This document shows positions 60,249 through 64,000 of a DNA stretch of 64,000 bases, piece after piece (the first letter of the stretch is position 1; each line of letters opens with the position of its first letter). The stretch covers positions 105,524,001 to 105,588,000 of the forward strand of contig OX597815.1 of assembly GCA_951406725.2 (NCBI GenBank). Reading direction: 5' to 3'. The notes beneath the pieces were generated by a model that searched no databases, was not told where the DNA came from, and saw nothing but the letters and a program-made list of their open reading frames with translations. This stretch comes from Octopus vulgaris. Lineage: Eukaryota. Made by a program: the position numbers and the translations under genes.

Positions 60249-60308
60249 TAATAGATATATAGCAATAATAAACCTCTGAACGAGGTATAAACAATAACTG
60301 CACGACAA

Positions 60309-60641
60309 TGTGAGGTATACTTGCCATCACAATATGGCTAACCACTAAGGGTGGGTGTTACTGTAGCTTGTAGCCCCAGGAGAACATCGTTTCCAGCTGG
60401 CTTTAGGCACACTTTCTGTGCACTTATGGTATTTGCAAAGGGAGGTCATCCCTCCCTCGTCAACCTGCAGTCCGTGCGTATCGCTTAGGTTTACGAGGGA
60501 GGGATGACCTCCCTTTGCAGATACCACAAGGGGACAGAAAGTGTGCCTAAAGCCAGCTGGAGACGATGTTCTCCTGGGGCTACAAGCTACAGTAAGACCC
60601 ACCCTTAGTGGTTAGCCATATTGTGATGGCAAGTATACCTC

Positions 60642-60644
<3 letters not shown>
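60309..60644. mobile_element. Fold-back / MITE-like palindromic element, 336 bp
   Basis: TGTGAGGTATACTTGCCATCACAATATGG...CCATATTGTGATGGCAAGTATACCTCACA; arms of ~158 bp with few mismatches and a ~20-nt loop; no TSD resolved. Confidence 0.85.
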
Positions 60645-60706
<62 letters not shown>

Positions 60707-61009
60707 TGAGGAGGAAGGAGAAGGAAATGGAGAATAACTGGATATACTGTAATTACTGATTTATTTGCATGTTGTAGAAAGATGACGTTTTTTAAAGACA
60801 TTACAAATAAATTGGAAGTTGAGAGCTCAAAAATGTTAAGAAAAATGTAAGAGGAACCTACACATATGTTTCTGTCAAACCAATAAGTATTTGGGAATTT
60901 CCAAAACATGTTGTTTAATGTCAAGAAAATAGTATGAATGTGGCAATTTTCTTGACATTAAACAGCATGTCATAGAAATTCCCAACTACTTATTGAAACG
61001 AAGCAGCAA

Positions 61010-61410
61010 TCAAGTCAATGGAAGCATTCAAAGTCACCACGCCCCCAAAAAGCGCGCCAAGTGAAGTCCAACGTCAAGACGATTTGTTTCATCGATGCGA
61101 AAGTAAATGTCCACACAGAATGTGTTCTCCCCGGTCAAACTGTTAACTAGACATTTTAATTGGCAGTCCTGAAGTAAATTGGAGAATGGTGCTTTCATCA
61201 CGACACTGTGCCTGCGCACACCGCCTCGAGTGTGAGAAAATTTTGCCAAAAATGGCATGACCTTGCTTACCCACTTCCCTATTCGCCCGATCTTGTTCCC
61301 GGCAACTTTTTTCTAAGAGAAAAACGTTTTGCAGATGCGGAAGAGGTGAAAAAACAATAAACATGTAAAACTATTGCAAATTTCCAGTTCCTTTTGTGTA
61401 CCCCCTCGTG

Positions 61411-61412
<2 letters not shown>
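61010..61412 (+). mobile_element. mariner transposase remnant with 3' terminal repeat
   Basis: FHHDTVPAHTASSVRKF...PYSPDLVP...KRFADAEEV (mariner HDNAxPH and YSPDLAP motifs); ends ...CCCCCTCGTG followed by TA. Confidence 0.8.
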
Positions 61413-61455
<43 letters not shown>

Positions 61456-61458
<3 letters not shown>

Positions 61459-61740
61459 CCGTTCTGTCTGTCTGTGTGTGTGTCTTCTAGGATCTCGGGC
61501 ATCCGCCATCCGATTGCGCTCAAATTTGATATGTAGATATCGACGGTATCAGGGCTTGTATAAGTTTTGAAAAAATTGCAAAAATCGATTCCAGCTGAGA
61601 ATGCGATCGATAAAGCCGTAGGAACGTGCATTTGTACGCGCAACTACATCAGGAATGTGGTTTACAAGGCTGCGCCCCACTAGCTTTTCCATGTCCTTGA
61701 ACATCCCGTAAAGTAAGTTAGCTTAAAATATGATACTTAG
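61456..61740 (+). mobile_element. Possible Helitron/Helentron-type non-autonomous element (similar style at ~33050-33680)
   Basis: Starts after (TA)n with TCTGTCTGTCTGTGTG then CCGATT...AAATTT, a layout seen in DINE-1/HINE-like elements; termini not confirmed. Confidence 0.3.
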
Positions 61741-62576
61741 TTCCCTAGGTTGTTGCTTTTCATCAAAAATCGCCCCAAGTTAATTTCCTACATGATTTAT
61801 CGGATAAACTTATTATTGTCCCAGGTACGTTCTCATAAATTCATCATGCTTTTCCATCTAGATTTACTTCCAGCCAACCCATGTGCATGCATCGTTTTTG
61901 TCCTGCTTTTCTTCCGTTAACCTGTACATAACTCCACCCTCCATTTTTTGTTGCTTTTGTACTGCTTAAAGGCACGTTTCTTTCCTGCTAAGCTTACTGT
62001 TTAAACCATGTTTGTGTTCTACCAGTCAACAGCCTTATCATTACTGGTACTTTAAACTCTTCGGTTGCATATTTGTGTGTGTCTCAAATTTAGGTTAAAT
62101 CAGTGTTTCTCAAAGGGGAGGCCTATGGGACGATCGGATAAGTTGTTTTGAGAAAATTTGGTTTAAATGTTTGACACCTCAGCACCGTTCATTGGACGGT
62201 GGTGGGAGGAGCATTTTGCTCGTATATATATTCTTTCTTTTATTCTTTTACTTGTTTCAGTCATTTGACTGTGGCCATGCAGGACCATCGTCTTTAGTCG
62301 AACAAATCGAATCCGAGGACTTATTCTTTGTAAGTATAGTACTTATTCTATCGTTTTCTATATCGAACGATACAGTAAATCTTCTTAATACATCGTTTAC
62401 AATCGTTTCATCGTTAACCAATGTAATCATCTTGTTACAGGTTGTAGCCATGTCGGCAGCTGTCGATTAATTCCCACATACTACATAGGGTTTCTCTTGT
62501 AGCATATGGTGATGATGATTCCTCAGAACTTCGTAAAACATAATATGCTGATATATGTGTGTGTATGCGTGTGTGA

Positions 62577-62609
<33 letters not shown>

Positions 62610-63379
62610 TGGTGCGTGTGTATATGTGTGGTGGTGGTGGTGGTGGTGGTGCAGTATGGTAGAATGGTTAAAAATTTCTTTCCACAATTACAAGGCCAAA
62701 TTCGATTTCACTATGCGACTTATTGAACAAATGTCATAATCCATAGCTTCAAGTTGACCTATATTTTATGAATTTAGCTGAGTAGACTGAAATTATATCG
62801 TAGCTCGTTTTCTACCAGCAATCCAAAAGCCTTGTTTTACACAATCATTGCACCACGCTGATTCTGTACGCCAAGGGCACACATTAATTCCAGAATAGTT
62901 TATTGCATTTATTAAACAACTGAATTTCACAGCCGAACGACGGAGATCCACAACTAAATGTATGATAATGACAGCTGACTAAAGTTAACGGTTTAGTGGT
63001 TATTTCTAAGGAAGAACATCGTGTTTTCAAGAACTGTCTTTCTATAATTTATATGCAAATATCTACTGAGCACGTGCAAACTACGAAAATAGATATAACA
63101 TCTCTCGATACGTATATATTAATTAGAAGGAAGGAGAGAAAGAAAGAGACAACACAAGGAATGGGTCTGTGCATACTTTTGCGTGCTTTGTACCTATGTA
63201 TATAGATGTGATCTGTATGTATATGGAAATATATACATCTCACCATTCGAATATTCACAGTTAATGCACGATTTCTGTGCAAGCAATTTAAATGATATTA
63301 GCTACTCAGGAAACAAATTATACAAATCTAGCAAGTAATACACAGGAGTAGCTATGTGGTAAGTAGCTTGCTTACCAGC

Positions 63380-63878
63380 CTCGAGAAAGACAGAAAAAGA
63401 AGGATCCGAAGGCTGCGGAAGGGAGGGAAGACCTTTTGGATAAAGCGGAAGAACTCCACCCTCCCATGGCTCAAGGAGGAAAAAAAAGAAGAAATAGAAA
63501 AACGGAACATTGCCGGTGGTTTGTGATACACTACCGGTGTGTCCCGAAGCACCTACGGTAGGAGTTGTGCCACCGAAGATGGAAACTGTAGACCCCTCCC
63601 ATGATGTGGAGGAGGAATTTGTGCTCCTCTTCCATAAGGGAGAGACATTAGAAATCTTCATTATGGAGTTTAAAAAGAAAGGCCGCAGGGAGGGGATTCT
63701 GTCCTGCACAGAGGACCCTGATTGGCCTTCGCAGGTGGCTGCGGATGTCATATGGGCAACCGATATGTGCAGGATAGTGAACTCCTTCCCAGAGGACACT
63801 TTTAGATTTGTGTTAAAACAGCCCGACTTGGCACCGTCTAGGTGTTTGACTAAAGCGAGGAACCTGGAAGGGTTATAA
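63380..63878 (+). other. GC-richer coding-like fragment (122-aa ORF 63510-63878), possibly a LINE ORF1 C-terminal remnant
   Basis: Non-repetitive ORF with a Pro/Glu-rich start in AT-rich DNA; no motif recognised. Confidence 0.25.
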
Positions 63879-64000
63879 CTGACAATAAAAGTAAGAGGTT
63901 TAGTGCCTCATTGCTATTGTATTTTTATTGTATTGAGTTGTGTAAGAGGTTTATTGCCTCATAAATGGTTTGTGTATTGTAAAAAATGTAAGAGGTTAAT

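Overview
AT-rich, microsatellite-saturated metazoan DNA. The tRNA-derived SINEs resemble those I recognise from octopus genomes, so an octopod origin is inferred, not verified. No intact host gene is visible. There are four layers of content. (1) A full-length, recently inactivated Tx1/L1-clade LINE (26393-31821, +) sits inside a (CT)n tract; its ORF2 has no in-frame AUG ahead of the first endonuclease motif. (2) About nine heavily decayed Toll-like-receptor-like pseudogenes (LRR-LRRCT-TM-TIR) lie on the minus strand between 1 and 51 kb and are invisible in the ORF track. (3) Several short non-coding elements between microsatellites carry type I hammerhead ribozymes with the Penelope-type palindromic stem III; most have a greatly enlarged stem II, and one copy implies a circular or tandem monomer of about 455 nt. 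(4) There are remnants of R4/Dong, Penelope-like, Ty3/gypsy, Tc1/mariner and L2/CR1-like elements, a fold-back element and a 184-bp SINE concatemer. Pseudogene and remnant boundaries are approximate and come from manual translation across stops and frameshifts.
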